The notes under the pieces: generated by a model
What the model was told of the DNA's origin: nothing
Seen by the model: only the letters and a program-made list of their open reading frames with translations
Database searches by the model: none
Assembly: GCA_030694965.1 (NCBI GenBank)
Contig: JAUYTZ010000014.1
Coordinates: 5,523-69,522, forward strand
Source of the DNA: Candidatus Paracaedibacteraceae bacterium
GTDB taxonomy: Bacteria > Pseudomonadota > Alphaproteobacteria > Paracaedibacterales > CAIOTO01
DNA: 64,000 nucleotides
Direction: 5' to 3'
Position numbers and translations under genes: made by a program
Shown: one piece after another, positions 53,067-63,315 of the stretch
Layout: every line of letters starts with the position of its first letter
Position numbering within the stretch: the first letter of the stretch is position 1

Positions 53067-53618
53067 ATGAACGTTCAAAAATTTACGACCCTTGTACTAT
53101 TAAGCGCGACAGTAATTACTTTTGGCGCAGGCTGCACACGCAATATCTCATCAAATAATTATAATTCTGCAAGCGTAGGCGAATCAGCAAATACATACCA
53201 AGGTGTTATCATTGGCGCAGAAAACGTAAATGTTTCTGAAACAGAAAAGCTAAGCGAAAACGGAATGGGAATTGGAATGGGCGCGCTTGGCGGCGGCTTA
53301 CTAGGTTCAGCTTTTGGCAAAGGCAGCGGTCAACTTCTTGGCGCTGGCCTTGGCGCCGTCGCTGGCGGTATTGGTGGAGCGTTTGCCGAACAAGCTTTAG
53401 GTAACCAACAAGGTATTAAATACACCGTCAGACTTAATAGCGGCGTTATTAAAACAGTTGTTCAAGGCAACGATAATCCTATGCGCATTGGACAACGCGT
53501 GTTCCTTGAAGAAAGCATTGGCGCAAATAAAGGTCGCTCACGAGTATTTCCGGACAACACAGGAACAGCAGAAGTCCAAACTATGGCACCTAGTCCTGTG
53601 ATTCACGTCGTTCGTTAA
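53067..53618 (+). CDS. glycine-zipper outer-membrane lipoprotein (17-kDa antigen / Slp-like)
   Basis: 183 aa. Signal peptide ending in the lipobox-like FGAGC, and a glycine-zipper stretch (GMGALGGGLLGSAFGKGSGQLLGAGLGAVAGGIGGAFA). Confidence 0.7.
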   Translation: MNVQKFTTLVLLSATVITFGAGCTRNISSNNYNSASVGESANTYQGVIIGAENVNVSETEKLSENGMGIGMGALGGGLLGSAFGKGSGQLLGAGLGAVAGGIGGAFAEQALGNQQGIKYTVRLNSGVIKTVVQGNDNPMRIGQRVFLEESIGANKGRSRVFPDNTGTAEVQTMAPSPVIHVVR

Positions 53619-53641
53619 TGCGGTCTTTTTGACAGTTTTTG

Positions 53642-53677
53642 CCTCGGTGTCTGTCAAAAAACACCGAGGTTTTTTTT
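53642..53677 (+). terminator. rho-independent terminator after the lipoprotein gene
   Basis: cctcggtgt (53642-53650) pairs with acaccgagg (53661-53669) around a 10-nt loop, followed by 8 T. Confidence 0.8.
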
Positions 53678-53711
53678 ATATTTGTACTCAAATTTGAAAG
53701 TTTATAATTTT

Positions 53712-55004
53712 ATGCGCTTATCTGCCTATTTTCTTCCTGTACTCAAAGAAGTACCTGCAGACGCACAAATTGCGTCGCATCGTCTCATGCTACGTGCAGG
53801 CATGATTAACCAATGTGCATCAGGTTTATATTCCTGGTTGCCATTAGGACAACGTGTTTTATCCAAAATTGAAAAAATTGTATCTGAAGAACAAGATAAA
53901 ATTGGTTGCCATCGCGTTATCATGCCAACGTTACAACCAGCATCTTTATGGCAAGAAAGTGGACGCTACGAAGATTACGGCAAAGAAATGCTTCGTGTTA
54001 AAGATCGTCATGACCGAGATCTACTATTTGGACCAACCAACGAAGAGGTAATTACGGATGTTGTTCGCCAGTACATAAAAAGTTATCGAGATTTACCTCA
54101 AGTATTATACCAAATTACATGGAAATTTCGTGATGAAATGCGCCCTCGTTTTGGCGTTATGCGTGGTCGCGAATTTTTAATGAAAGACGCCTACTCATTT
54201 GATGCAACTTATGAAGGTGCGCGCGCAACATACCAACGCATTTTTGAAAGCTATTTACGTACATTTGATCGACTAGGACTAGTTGCCATTCCAGTAAAAG
54301 CTGATTCAGGGGCTATTGGTGGAGATCTAAGCCATGAGTTTCAAATCATGGCTGAAACAGGTGAAAGTACTGTTTATTATGATGCGTCTTATGATAATTT
54401 GACACCTAAAGAACGTACATTTGAACATTTACAAACACTATATGCAGCTGCTGATGAAAAGCATGATCCTGATAACTGTCCTGTACCGGAAGATCGCTTA
54501 AAATCTGCACGTGGCATAGAAGTTGGGCACATTTTTTATTTTGGTAAAAAATATAGTGAAGCGCTAAATGTAAAAGTATCAGGCACAGATGGCCAGCACG
54601 TTGTTCCTGAAATGGGGTCATATGGTATTGGTGTATCACGCTTGGTTGCGGCTATTATTGAAGCAAATCATGATGATGCTGGCATTATTTGGCCAGATGC
54701 CGTTGCACCATTTAAAGTAGCCCTTATCTTGGCAAAGACTGGTGATGCAACATGCGATGCGATTGTTAATGATGTTTATGAGAAGTTACAACGCCAGGGT
54801 ATCGAAGTCCTGTTTGACGACAGAGATGAACGACCAGGCGCAAAATTTGCAACCATGGATCTAATTGGTATTCCACATCATTTGATTATTGGAAATAAAG
54901 CAATTCAAGAATCACAACTAGAATATAAAAACCGTCGGACAGGTGCACGTGAAATGATTAATTTGTCAGCTATTGACACCTGGATTGAGGGGATGCGTGG
55001 ATAG
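53712..55004 (+). CDS. proS: proline--tRNA ligase (short type lacking the insertion/editing domain)
   Basis: About 430 aa from ATG 53712 ([13 protein letters not shown]...). Class II motifs ([26 protein letters not shown]). The track start at TTG 53682 would overlap the terminator tail. Confidence 0.9.
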   Translation: MRLSAYFLPVLKEVPADAQIASHRLMLRAGMINQCASGLYSWLPLGQRVLSKIEKIVSEEQDKIGCHRVIMPTLQPASLWQESGRYEDYGKEMLRVKDRHDRDLLFGPTNEEVITDVVRQYIKSYRDLPQVLYQITWKFRDEMRPRFGVMRGREFLMKDAYSFDATYEGARATYQRIFESYLRTFDRLGLVAIPVKADSGAIGGDLSHEFQIMAETGESTVYYDASYDNLTPKERTFEHLQTLYAAADEKHDPDNCPVPEDRLKSARGIEVGHIFYFGKKYSEALNVKVSGTDGQHVVPEMGSYGIGVSRLVAAIIEANHDDAGIIWPDAVAPFKVALILAKTGDATCDAIVNDVYEKLQRQGIEVLFDDRDERPGAKFATMDLIGIPHHLIIGNKAIQESQLEYKNRRTGAREMINLSAIDTWIEGMRG

Positions 55005-55101
55005 AATTCGGTTGAAAAAAGACAACTTTTAAGTTGCTTTTTTATGCTTATAAAAAGAAACTTACCACAGCCTCTTTTTATAAGCATCATGTTAGATAAC
55101 A

Positions 55102-55767
55102 TTAACTCGCTCGAAATCTTTGCTCTGTCATCGGAAAACGTTGCCTTAAATAAGTTGATGCAAGACGTGCAATATCAGGAATTTCATTTTCAAAAAAATG
55201 AGACGCATTTTCAACAACTTGATAATCAATTTTAATACCACGCTGATTACGCAACTTCGTAACCAAAGCATCAACAGCAGGCTGCGGAACAATTGTGTCC
55301 TGTGTGCCTTGAATGATTTGGCCTGAAACAGGGCAGGGGGCTAAAAAGTTAAAATCATAACGATTTGCAGGAGGGCTAACAACAACAAAGCCTTCAAGCT
55401 CAGGACGACGCATTAATAGTTGCATAGCAATCCACGCACCAAATGAAAATCCGCCAACCCAAAAATGAGAAGCGAGTGGGTATGTCGACTGCAACCAATC
55501 AAGTGCAGCTGCAGCATCGCTTAACTCACCTTCACCATTATCATATGCCCCTTCAGAGCGACCAACACCACGGAAATTAATACGTAAGGCACCAAAACCT
55601 CTCTCGACAAAAGAACGATAAAGCGCATAAACAATTTTATTATTCATACTTCCTCCTTCTTTTGGATCGGGATGCAAAAGAAGAGCAATAGGAGCTGTTT
55701 TTGATTGTCCTGGATGGAAACGACCTTCGATTCGACCCGCTGGGCCATTAAAAATCACGTCTGGCAT
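55102..55767 (-). CDS. alpha/beta hydrolase fold protein
   Basis: About 221 aa. Nucleophile elbow GFSFGAW and a C-terminal His context (NASHFF). ATG at 55767 is preceded by GGAG at a 7-nt spacing, so it is preferred over TTG at 55779. Confidence 0.7.
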   Translation of the reverse strand: MPDVIFNGPAGRIEGRFHPGQSKTAPIALLLHPDPKEGGSMNNKIVYALYRSFVERGFGALRINFRGVGRSEGAYDNGEGELSDAAAALDWLQSTYPLASHFWVGGFSFGAWIAMQLLMRRPELEGFVVVSPPANRYDFNFLAPCPVSGQIIQGTQDTIVPQPAVDALVTKLRNQRGIKIDYQVVENASHFFENEIPDIARLASTYLRQRFPMTEQRFRAS

Positions 55768-55843
55768 TCGAAACTCCAATTTATGTGTAATGTGCTTTTA
55801 TAATGAATTATCATTTAAAACTAAAACTTTAAGAAAAAAGAAT

Positions 55844-55873
55844 CTTGACTTCTTTAGTCAGGATACTTATTTT
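55844..55873 (+). promoter_or_regulatory. isc promoter candidate with embedded IscR-type palindrome
   Basis: cTTGACT-tcttt-AGTCAgg (55844-55862) is a TGACT-N5-AGTCA inverted repeat. Its TTGACT doubles as a -35 box, and a 17-nt spacer leads to TATTTT (55868-55873). Confidence 0.5.
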
Positions 55874-55980
55874 ATACATAGGTTCTAGCAAAAAACATAT
55901 TATGAACATCATAAATAGGTTGTTGCTAAATTACCATGTTTTTTTATGAATTTTTTAATATCTTTTTGAGTCGTCATGAA

Positions 55981-56454
55981 ATGAAATTAAGTACGAAGGC
56001 ACGTTATGCTGTAATGGCTTTACTTGACATGTTAAAAGAAGGTATGGAAGCACCCGTTTCATTGGTATCTATATCTGAACGGCAAAACTTACCACTTCCA
56101 TATCTAGAGCAAATTTTTTCAAAATTACGCAAAAGTAATATTGTAACAAGCGCTCGCGGCTCACAAGGAGGATACATCCTTAGTCGTCATTCATCTGAAA
56201 TAACCTTGTATGACATAATTATTTCTGTTGATAAAGAATTTAAATCGCGGCGCTGTTTAAACGTATCCATCGGCTGTCAGCCAGGAGGCATTCGTTGCTT
56301 AACACACGATTTATGGGCGAAGCTAGACAATGTGATTGAACATTTCTTCAAAAGTTTAACTCTTAACCAAGTTTTAAGTCGTGATGTTGCTAATATGGTC
56401 TTTTTCATACCAACCCTGCCTAACGAACTTCAAACAAATAAAGAAGTAGCATAA
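55981..56454 (+). CDS. iscR: Rrf2-family Fe-S cluster regulator IscR
   Basis: N-terminus MKLSTKARYAVMALLDM matches Rrf2/IscR. wHTH region, plus three clustered Cys (RRCLNVSIGCQPGGIRC) at the expected cluster-ligand position. Start moved to ATG 55981. Confidence 0.85.
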   Translation: MKLSTKARYAVMALLDMLKEGMEAPVSLVSISERQNLPLPYLEQIFSKLRKSNIVTSARGSQGGYILSRHSSEITLYDIIISVDKEFKSRRCLNVSIGCQPGGIRCLTHDLWAKLDNVIEHFFKSLTLNQVLSRDVANMVFFIPTLPNELQTNKEVA

Positions 56455-56455
56455 T

Positions 56456-57589
56456 ATGCATGCAACAAGCATACTAAATTTTGATTATAATGCTACAGCT
56501 CCACTACTTGATTCTGTGCGCGATAATGCTTTAATGATGCTTAATCAACTGAATGGCAATCCGTCATCAATTCATTTATTAGGACGCAATGCACGTGCTG
56601 TGATGGAATCCGCACGTGAACGAATGGCTGCTGTACTTTTAGTTAAAGAAAAACAAATTATATTTACTAGCGGCGCAACAGAGGCTAACGCAACTGTTTT
56701 GAAAGGATTTAAAGGCCCCATTCTTGTTTCAGCCATTGAACACACATCTATATTAGCCATGCGCGATGATATAACGTTAGCGCCTGTTGATGAAAATGGT
56801 GTTGTTATTCTTGATTTTATCGATAAGTGGCTTGCTAAGCACCCAGGGCACGCTTTAGTTTCTATTATGGCAGCAAATAATGAAACAGGCGTTATTCAGC
56901 CCACTAAAGACATTTATAATTTATGTAAAAAGAGCGGCGCTTTTTTTCATAGTGACATTGTGCAAGCTATCGGACGTATTCCTTTAGATTTAAACAATTT
57001 TGACTGTGTTTCAATATCAGCACACAAGCTGGGTGGACTTCAAGGAGTCGGTTGCATTATAATGAGGGAAGAATTTCCATTTAATGCCCTGTTAAAAGGC
57101 GGTGGCCAAGAACGCTCTTACCGCGCGGGTACAGAAAATATTTTAGGAATTCAATCGTTTGCCGTTGCCCTAGAACATTCTTTTGAATCTAGTCAATTTA
57201 ATAATTGGTTTAAAATTGAACAATTACGATTAATTATGGAAAACGAATTAAGTACCTATTGCCCTAATCTGCATATTATGGGTAAAAACACAATAAGATT
57301 ACCAAACACAACATGTATTACAATGCCTGGACTAAAAGCTGAAACACAAGTTATTCGTTTTGACTTAGAAAGCATTGCAGTAAGCTCTGGATCTGCTTGC
57401 TCCTCCGGAAAGGTAAAAAAATCACACGTGTTAGAGGCCATGGGAACATCGAAAGATGTGATGGATACGGCAATCCGTGTTAGCCTTTCACAGAACACAA
57501 CAGACCAAGATATTAAAACATTTATTAATACCTGGAAAAAAATATACAACTCGGTCAACCACGCCACAGAAACAATAAACGCAGCATGA
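56456..57589 (+). CDS. cysteine desulfurase, NifS-like paralogue
   Basis: 377 aa class V aminotransferase. PLP lysine context SISAHKLGG and active-site Cys loop SSGSACSSG. Confidence 0.85.
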   Translation: MHATSILNFDYNATAPLLDSVRDNALMMLNQLNGNPSSIHLLGRNARAVMESARERMAAVLLVKEKQIIFTSGATEANATVLKGFKGPILVSAIEHTSILAMRDDITLAPVDENGVVILDFIDKWLAKHPGHALVSIMAANNETGVIQPTKDIYNLCKKSGAFFHSDIVQAIGRIPLDLNNFDCVSISAHKLGGLQGVGCIIMREEFPFNALLKGGGQERSYRAGTENILGIQSFAVALEHSFESSQFNNWFKIEQLRLIMENELSTYCPNLHIMGKNTIRLPNTTCITMPGLKAETQVIRFDLESIAVSSGSACSSGKVKKSHVLEAMGTSKDVMDTAIRVSLSQNTTDQDIKTFINTWKKIYNSVNHATETINAA

Positions 57590-58854
57590 GAGATACTATG
57601 AATTTAATGCCACCTTTAAAATTACCTTTAAATCATCTTATTCCCGATGAGCACATTTACATGGATTATCAAGCGTCAACGCCTTGTGATCCACGTGTAC
57701 TTGAAAAAATGCTACCTTATTTTTGCAGCGTTTACGGAAATCCTCACTCACGAAATCATGTGTATGGGTGGCTTGCAGAAGAAGCAATTGAACTTGCACG
57801 TCATCAAGTGGCTGATCTTATTAATGCAGATGAACGAGAAATTATTTTTACAAGCGGTGCAACTGAATCAAACAACTTAGCAATCAAAGGTGTTGCTAGC
57901 TTTTATGGTGACCAGCGCCGCCATATCGTAACATGTGTAACGGAGCACAAATGTGTGCTAGAATCATGTCGCACCCTTGAGAAACAAGGATTTAGTGTTA
58001 CGTACTTGCCTGTGCAAAAAAATGGCTTAATTGACATGAAATTACTTGAAGCTAGTTTATGCCCAGACACATTACTTGTTTCTATTATGGCTGTAAATAA
58101 TGAAATTGGTGTTATTCAACCAATTAAAGAAATCGGCACATTGTGCAGAGCAAATAACATTTTCTTCCACACAGACGCTGCGCAAGCCGCTGGCAAAATT
58201 ACAATTGATGTTGAAGATATGAATATTGATATGTTAAGCATTTCTGGGCACAAAATGTATGCACCAAAAGGCATTGGCGCACTTTATGTGCGCCGCAAGC
58301 CGCGTGTTCGTTTAAACGCGTTGATCTCAGGTGGAGGTCAAGAACGTGGCATGCGTTCAGGAACGTTGCCAACACCACTGTGTGTAGGACTTGGTCAAGC
58401 GGCCTTTATTGCAAAAAATGAAATGGCAGCCGAAACGAAGCGTGTCAAAAAGCTAAGTGATCACATTTTAACTGAAATTCAAAAAAGATTACCAGAGGTT
58501 CACTTAAATGGTGACGCTGTAATGCGAGTTCCTGGAAATCTTAACTTAAGCTTTGCTTACGTTGAAGGCGAAGGGCTCATGATGGGAATTAAAGAGCTTT
58601 CTGTATCATCTGGGTCAGCATGTACATCTGCCTCTCTCGAGCCATCTTACGTATTACGCGCAATTGGAGTCGAAGAGGGATTAGCCCATACCTCTATACG
58701 GTTTGGAATTGGGCGCTTTACAACGCCTTTAGAAGTTGACTGTGCCATAGAAAAAATTATAAAAGCTGTCGAACGTTTACGCCACATGAGTCCTCTTTGG
58801 GAGATGGCACAAGAAGGTATTGACATTAAATCAATTAGCTGGGCTTCACATTAA
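57586..58854 (+). CDS. iscS: cysteine desulfurase IscS
   Basis: 422 aa. [16 protein letters not shown]-terminus, [17 protein letters not shown] (PLP Lys), and [19 protein letters not shown] active-site loop with the IscS-type C-terminus. ATGA overlap with the upstream gene. Confidence 0.92.
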   Translation: MRDTMNLMPPLKLPLNHLIPDEHIYMDYQASTPCDPRVLEKMLPYFCSVYGNPHSRNHVYGWLAEEAIELARHQVADLINADEREIIFTSGATESNNLAIKGVASFYGDQRRHIVTCVTEHKCVLESCRTLEKQGFSVTYLPVQKNGLIDMKLLEASLCPDTLLVSIMAVNNEIGVIQPIKEIGTLCRANNIFFHTDAAQAAGKITIDVEDMNIDMLSISGHKMYAPKGIGALYVRRKPRVRLNALISGGGQERGMRSGTLPTPLCVGLGQAAFIAKNEMAAETKRVKKLSDHILTEIQKRLPEVHLNGDAVMRVPGNLNLSFAYVEGEGLMMGIKELSVSSGSACTSASLEPSYVLRAIGVEEGLAHTSIRFGIGRFTTPLEVDCAIEKIIKAVERLRHMSPLWEMAQEGIDIKSISWASH

Positions 58855-58899
58855 TTCAAGCAGAGCAGATAACATAATAAAAAAATTAGGAGTATAATC

Positions 58900-59304
58900 A
58901 TGGCATACAGCAGTAAAGTAGTTGAACATTACGAAAATCCAAGCAACGTTGGCGCATTAAATAAAGAAGACCCAACCGTTGGAACAGGTCTTGTTGGCGC
59001 GCCTGCATGCGGCGACGTTATGAGACTACAGATAAAAGTAAGTGATGATGGCACAATTCAAGATGCAAAATTTAAAACATTTGGTTGCGGTTCTGCGATT
59101 GCATCATCATCTGTAGTGACGGAATGGATTAAAGGAAAATCATTAGATGAGGCCCTTAAGGTTGAAAACTCAGAAATTGCAAACTATTTAGCTCTACCAC
59201 CTGTTAAAATACACTGCTCTGTTTTGGCTGAAGATGCAATTCGCGCTGCAATTGATGATTACAAAGCAAAACAAAATGCACTTCTTGTAAAAGAAACGGT
59301 ATAA
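58900..59304 (+). CDS. iscU: Fe-S cluster assembly scaffold IscU
   Basis: 134 aa. Three conserved Cys (GAPACGDVM, FKTFGCGSAIASSS, LPPVKIHCS), with LPPVK as the HscA-binding motif. Confidence 0.97.
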   Translation: MAYSSKVVEHYENPSNVGALNKEDPTVGTGLVGAPACGDVMRLQIKVSDDGTIQDAKFKTFGCGSAIASSSVVTEWIKGKSLDEALKVENSEIANYLALPPVKIHCSVLAEDAIRAAIDDYKAKQNALLVKETV

Positions 59305-59307
59305 GTA

Positions 59308-59640
59308 ATGAGAACAGCGATTACTCTCACTGATCAAGCAGTTCACCGCATACGAATACTCCTTGAAGGTCGAGGAAAGCCATCCCTTGGTATTCGTATT
59401 GGTGTTAATACGAAGGGCTGTTCAGGTCTATCTTATACGCTAGAATTTGCTGATGAGCTAAATCCGTTTGATGAAACCGTAAAAGTAGATGATGTAACTA
59501 TTTTTATTGACCCTAAAGCAACACTTTTTATTTTAGGAACAGAGATGGATTTTGTAGAAGATAAAATGCAATCCGGTTTTACGTTTAACAATCCAAATGA
59601 AAAAGGGCGATGCGGTTGCGGAAAATCATTTCATGTCTAA
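59308..59640 (+). CDS. iscA: Fe-S cluster insertion protein IscA (HesB family)
   Basis: 110 aa. GCSG and C-terminal CGCGKSF motifs. Confidence 0.92.
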   Translation: MRTAITLTDQAVHRIRILLEGRGKPSLGIRIGVNTKGCSGLSYTLEFADELNPFDETVKVDDVTIFIDPKATLFILGTEMDFVEDKMQSGFTFNNPNEKGRCGCGKSFHV

Positions 59641-59693
59641 ATTTCAAAAAACAATCATGTTTAAAGCATTTGCATATTAAGTAAGTAAAAAAA

Positions 59694-60221
59694 ATGTCTA
59701 ATAAATCATCGCCTTTGTCTCCATTTGCACTTCTTTCAATCCCACCAAACTATTTATTTGACTGGGATATAGTTAATAAAAACCTGCGGTCACTGCAAGA
59801 AACACTACACCCTGATCTTTACCCAAGTGGATCGCACGAATGTGAAATTGCACAAAATATGATGAGTGAAGTAAACAACGCTTACCGAGTTCTTAAAGAT
59901 CCACTTTTGCGTGCGCATGTCTTATTTAAATTAAACGGCATGACAATACCAGGAAGTGATGCCAAAACGGTTACTGACCCTACAATCATGGAAGAAGCGC
60001 TGGAAATAAAAGAACAACTTGAAAATGCAAACTCTCATAGCAAGCTAAATTCACTTGTAAAAAGACTCACATCTCAACAAATAATTCTTGAGAAAAAGTT
60101 AGATGCAGCATTTAAAACAAGTAATGAAACAGAGGTGTATAGCACATATGCTCGCCTTTCTTTTTGCATAAAAACACAAACAGACGCTTGTCGTTTGCTA
60201 ACAAAAAAAAATGAAGATTAG
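59694..60221 (+). CDS. hscB: Fe-S co-chaperone HscB
   Basis: 175 aa. J-domain HPD motif ([10 protein letters not shown]) plus a helical C-domain. Position between iscA and hscA. Confidence 0.85.
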   Translation: MSNKSSPLSPFALLSIPPNYLFDWDIVNKNLRSLQETLHPDLYPSGSHECEIAQNMMSEVNNAYRVLKDPLLRAHVLFKLNGMTIPGSDAKTVTDPTIMEEALEIKEQLENANSHSKLNSLVKRLTSQQIILEKKLDAAFKTSNETEVYSTYARLSFCIKTQTDACRLLTKKNED

Positions 60222-60222
60222 C

Positions 60223-61944
60223 ATGCTATTACAACTTACTGAACCAAAAAAAAAGACCACAGCTGCTGCAACTGAACCGTTGTCCTATGCAATTGGCATT
60301 GATTTAGGCACAACACATTCTGTGGTATCTGTAGCACATACTGAAAAAAATGTTGAAGTTCTCTTAATCGATGACAGCCCATTAGTACCATCGATTGTTG
60401 CTTATGTTGGTGATACTGTACTTGTTGGAAAAGCTGCTGAACATATTACAAATGCGTTTTCTTCATTTAAACGCTTCATGAATAACCCTGGTATTTTTTT
60501 GCATGAAGACAAATCCCCAATCATGCTGTCTGCTGAAGTTCTTAAAAAATTACGCAATGACTCTGAAAATATTCTTGGAAAGCCTGTAACAAAAGCTGTT
60601 ATTACAGTGCCTGCCTATTTTGATGATACAGCACGTCAAGCTACAAAAGATGCAGCTGCAGTTGCAGGTATTGATGTTTTGCGATTGATCAATGAGCCAA
60701 CAGCAGCAGCTCTTGCGTATGGCCTTGATCAAGAAAAGCTAAATGAACAAACCGAAGGAACTTACGTTGTTTATGACCTTGGCGGTGGCACATTCGATCT
60801 TTCTATTTTAAAAATGAAACAAGGTATATTTCAAGTATTAGCAACAGGTGGTGATACACGTCTTGGCGGTGATGATATTGATCAAGCAATTTCAAAGCAT
60901 TGGGCCAAAGAAAATCATGAATACCTAAAGCTTGCGCGTCTTGCAAAAGAGCAATTATCTTTAGAGCATAAATGGCAATACAAGGACGTTACATTAACGC
61001 GCAACGAACTTGACCTCTTGTCAAAGCCAATTTTAGATAAAACAATCACCATTACTAAGCGTGTACTGAAAGATGCTGGGATTTCTGTTGATTTAGTTAA
61101 AGGTATCATAATGGTTGGTGGAGTGACACGTATGCCACTTGTTATCTCACTCGTTAGTACTTTTTTTGGCAAAACACCACTTTCAAACTTTGATCCAGAT
61201 CAAGTTGTTGCACGGGGGGCAGCTTTGCAAGCATACATGTTAACACAAGGGCAGGGAACACTTTTGCTTGATGTCAACCCCTTATCTCTTGGTATTGAAA
61301 TGATGGGCGGGCTTGTTGAGTGCCTCATTCCACGCAATACACCTATCCCAATGCGTGTAAGCCAAGATTTCACAACCTATGAAAACAATCAAACGGCACT
61401 TGAATGCCATATTGTACAAGGCGAACGTGAATTCGTCAGTGATTGCCGATCACTTGCTCGTTTTACATTAGTTGGTATTCCCCCCATGCCGGCTGGCGTT
61501 GCACGCGTAACTGTGACATATCAACTAGATGCAGACGGACTCTTATCCGTTGAAGCCTTTGAATCAATTACACAAAAAGCGCAGTCAATTAGAGTTAAAC
61601 CAAGTTATGGTTTATCAGAAGATAAACTTCGAACTATGATTTATGAGAGTCAAGCCTATGGACGAGAAGACATGGAGAAGCGCCAACTCATCGAAACAAA
61701 AGTAGAAGCTGAACGTTTACTTAGATATTGTCAGTCTGCTTTGAGCGAAGATGGGCACTTACTAGCGTCAAAAGATACGGAATGCTTAAAAGCTATTTTA
61801 TTAGATGTCGAACAAGTCTTGACGACAGACGATAGAGAACTTATCCTTAATCAAATTCAACGCTTAAAGCAGGCTACAGCCTCTTTTGCAGCTGAGCGAA
61901 TGGACCAAGCAATTCAAAAAAGACTTGTTGGAAAAACACTTTAA
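60223..61944 (+). CDS. hscA: Fe-S chaperone HscA (Hsp70 family)
   Basis: Hsp70 motifs ([26 protein letters not shown]). I prefer ATG 60223 (MLLQLTEP...), which aligns with the E. coli HscA N-terminus (MALLQISEP). The track start at 60211 would overlap hscB. Confidence 0.9.
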   Translation: MLLQLTEPKKKTTAAATEPLSYAIGIDLGTTHSVVSVAHTEKNVEVLLIDDSPLVPSIVAYVGDTVLVGKAAEHITNAFSSFKRFMNNPGIFLHEDKSPIMLSAEVLKKLRNDSENILGKPVTKAVITVPAYFDDTARQATKDAAAVAGIDVLRLINEPTAAALAYGLDQEKLNEQTEGTYVVYDLGGGTFDLSILKMKQGIFQVLATGGDTRLGGDDIDQAISKHWAKENHEYLKLARLAKEQLSLEHKWQYKDVTLTRNELDLLSKPILDKTITITKRVLKDAGISVDLVKGIIMVGGVTRMPLVISLVSTFFGKTPLSNFDPDQVVARGAALQAYMLTQGQGTLLLDVNPLSLGIEMMGGLVECLIPRNTPIPMRVSQDFTTYENNQTALECHIVQGEREFVSDCRSLARFTLVGIPPMPAGVARVTVTYQLDADGLLSVEAFESITQKAQSIRVKPSYGLSEDKLRTMIYESQAYGREDMEKRQLIETKVEAERLLRYCQSALSEDGHLLASKDTECLKAILLDVEQVLTTDDRELILNQIQRLKQATASFAAERMDQAIQKRLVGKTL

Positions 61945-61964
61945 TTAAAAATATAGGAATTATT

Positions 61965-62297
61965 ATGGCACGTATGAAATTTATCATTGCTGATGGCACT
62001 ACACAAGAAGTTGATGCACCCCTCGGCTTATCTGTTCTCGAAATTGCACATCGCAATAAAATTGATTTAGAAGGTGCGTGTGAAGGATCTCTTGCATGCT
62101 CAACCTGCCATGTAGTCGTTGAGTCTGAATGGTATGACCTATTAAACGAAGCAACTGAAGATGAAGAAGATATGCTTGATCTTGCTTTTGGTTTAACACA
62201 CACTTCACGTCTTGGTTGCCAAATAACAATGACCAATGAGCTTGACGGCTTAACTGTTCGCGTACCATCTGGAACTCGCAATATGCAGATTAAATAA
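61965..62297 (+). CDS. fdx: [2Fe-2S] ferredoxin, adrenodoxin/ISC type
   Basis: 110 aa. Cluster ligands [11 protein letters not shown]...LGC. Confidence 0.92.
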   Translation: MARMKFIIADGTTQEVDAPLGLSVLEIAHRNKIDLEGACEGSLACSTCHVVVESEWYDLLNEATEDEEDMLDLAFGLTHTSRLGCQITMTNELDGLTVRVPSGTRNMQIK

Positions 62298-62491
62298 TGC
62301 GCTGGTTAGATATACACGACATAGCAATTGCTCTTGAAGAGACCTACCCAAACGTTGATATTCTTTATGTGCGTTTCACAGACTTATGGCAATGGGTACA
62401 GATGCTTCCTGGGTTTGAAGATAATTCAGATAGAAGTAATGAACGTATTTTAGAAGCTATACAAATGGCTTGGCTTGAAGAACGTAGGTAA
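62297..62491 (+). CDS. iscX: Fe-S assembly protein IscX (YfhJ)
   Basis: 64 aa, collinear with E. coli IscX (VRFTDLWQWV / SNERILEAIQMAWLEE). TAATG overlap with fdx. Confidence 0.85.
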   Translation: MRWLDIHDIAIALEETYPNVDILYVRFTDLWQWVQMLPGFEDNSDRSNERILEAIQMAWLEERR

Positions 62492-62499
62492 AAGAATTT

Positions 62500-62535
62500 A
62501 CCCTCATTGTTTTTAATACGTTGAGGGTTTTTTTA
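62500..62535 (+). terminator. rho-independent terminator closing the isc operon
   Basis: accctca (62500-62506) pairs with tgagggt (62522-62528) around a 15-nt loop, followed by a T7 run. Confidence 0.7.
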
Positions 62536-62556
62536 TACACACTGCAAAGACAAAAA

Positions 62557-63315
62557 ATGATAAAATTAAGATTATCCAAATTTGAACCATTACAGCGCAT
62601 TGAGTTTGCATTTGTTTTATTGCCTGATAATCAGACACTAAATAAATTACATATTTTAGCTCAAAAAATAGATTCACTTTTACAAAGTCTTTCTGTACGC
62701 ACTGATATTCCTCATAAATGGGGTCTGTATTGCAACCAAAAGCTGAAATTACCACATCTTTCAATAGGCCAATATGGTATTTTAGGAACTGATATTGATA
62801 TTTTAGATGAACTCGTAAAAGATATTTCAGCAAGAACTCCAATTATTAAGCAAAAAATGAATACACATTTAACTATGATTGATGGATATATCTTTTTTGA
62901 TTCTGCAGATGTATTTGAACATGTTAACGAAAATATTCGCGATGCCTATATAGGGCTGCGCGAGTGCTATATGAAAAGAATTCACACAAAATTTCCTATC
63001 ACACAAATGACTTTTGCAAAAAAGAAATTCTGCAATGATAAGAATGAACTAGCGCTTATTGATCAACACTTTCAGAACTGGGGAACCCCCGAATATAATC
63101 GCATGCGCCCTCATTTTACCATGCACTATCACCCTCCATTTCAAATAGAGGAAATGCAAGCTGCTCTAAATTCAAGCGATGATATTAAAAATCAAATCAA
63201 AGAATTATCAAATATTGATCTTATTCGAATTGGTGTTGTTCCAATTGATACATTTGGTAACCCAATGGACACATATGCTTTATCTTTGCACCCATTGGCC
63301 TCTCAACTCAGTTAG
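62557..63315 (+). CDS. hypothetical protein with two HxS/T motifs (2H phosphoesterase superfamily-like)
   Basis: 252 aa from ATG 62557. The track start at 62521 lies inside the isc terminator. LPHLSIGQY (HLSI) lies about 135 residues before RPHFTMHY (HFTM), and each motif follows a basic/Pro residue as in 2H enzymes. Confidence 0.55.
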   Translation: MIKLRLSKFEPLQRIEFAFVLLPDNQTLNKLHILAQKIDSLLQSLSVRTDIPHKWGLYCNQKLKLPHLSIGQYGILGTDIDILDELVKDISARTPIIKQKMNTHLTMIDGYIFFDSADVFEHVNENIRDAYIGLRECYMKRIHTKFPITQMTFAKKKFCNDKNELALIDQHFQNWGTPEYNRMRPHFTMHYHPPFQIEEMQAALNSSDDIKNQIKELSNIDLIRIGVVPIDTFGNPMDTYALSLHPLASQLS

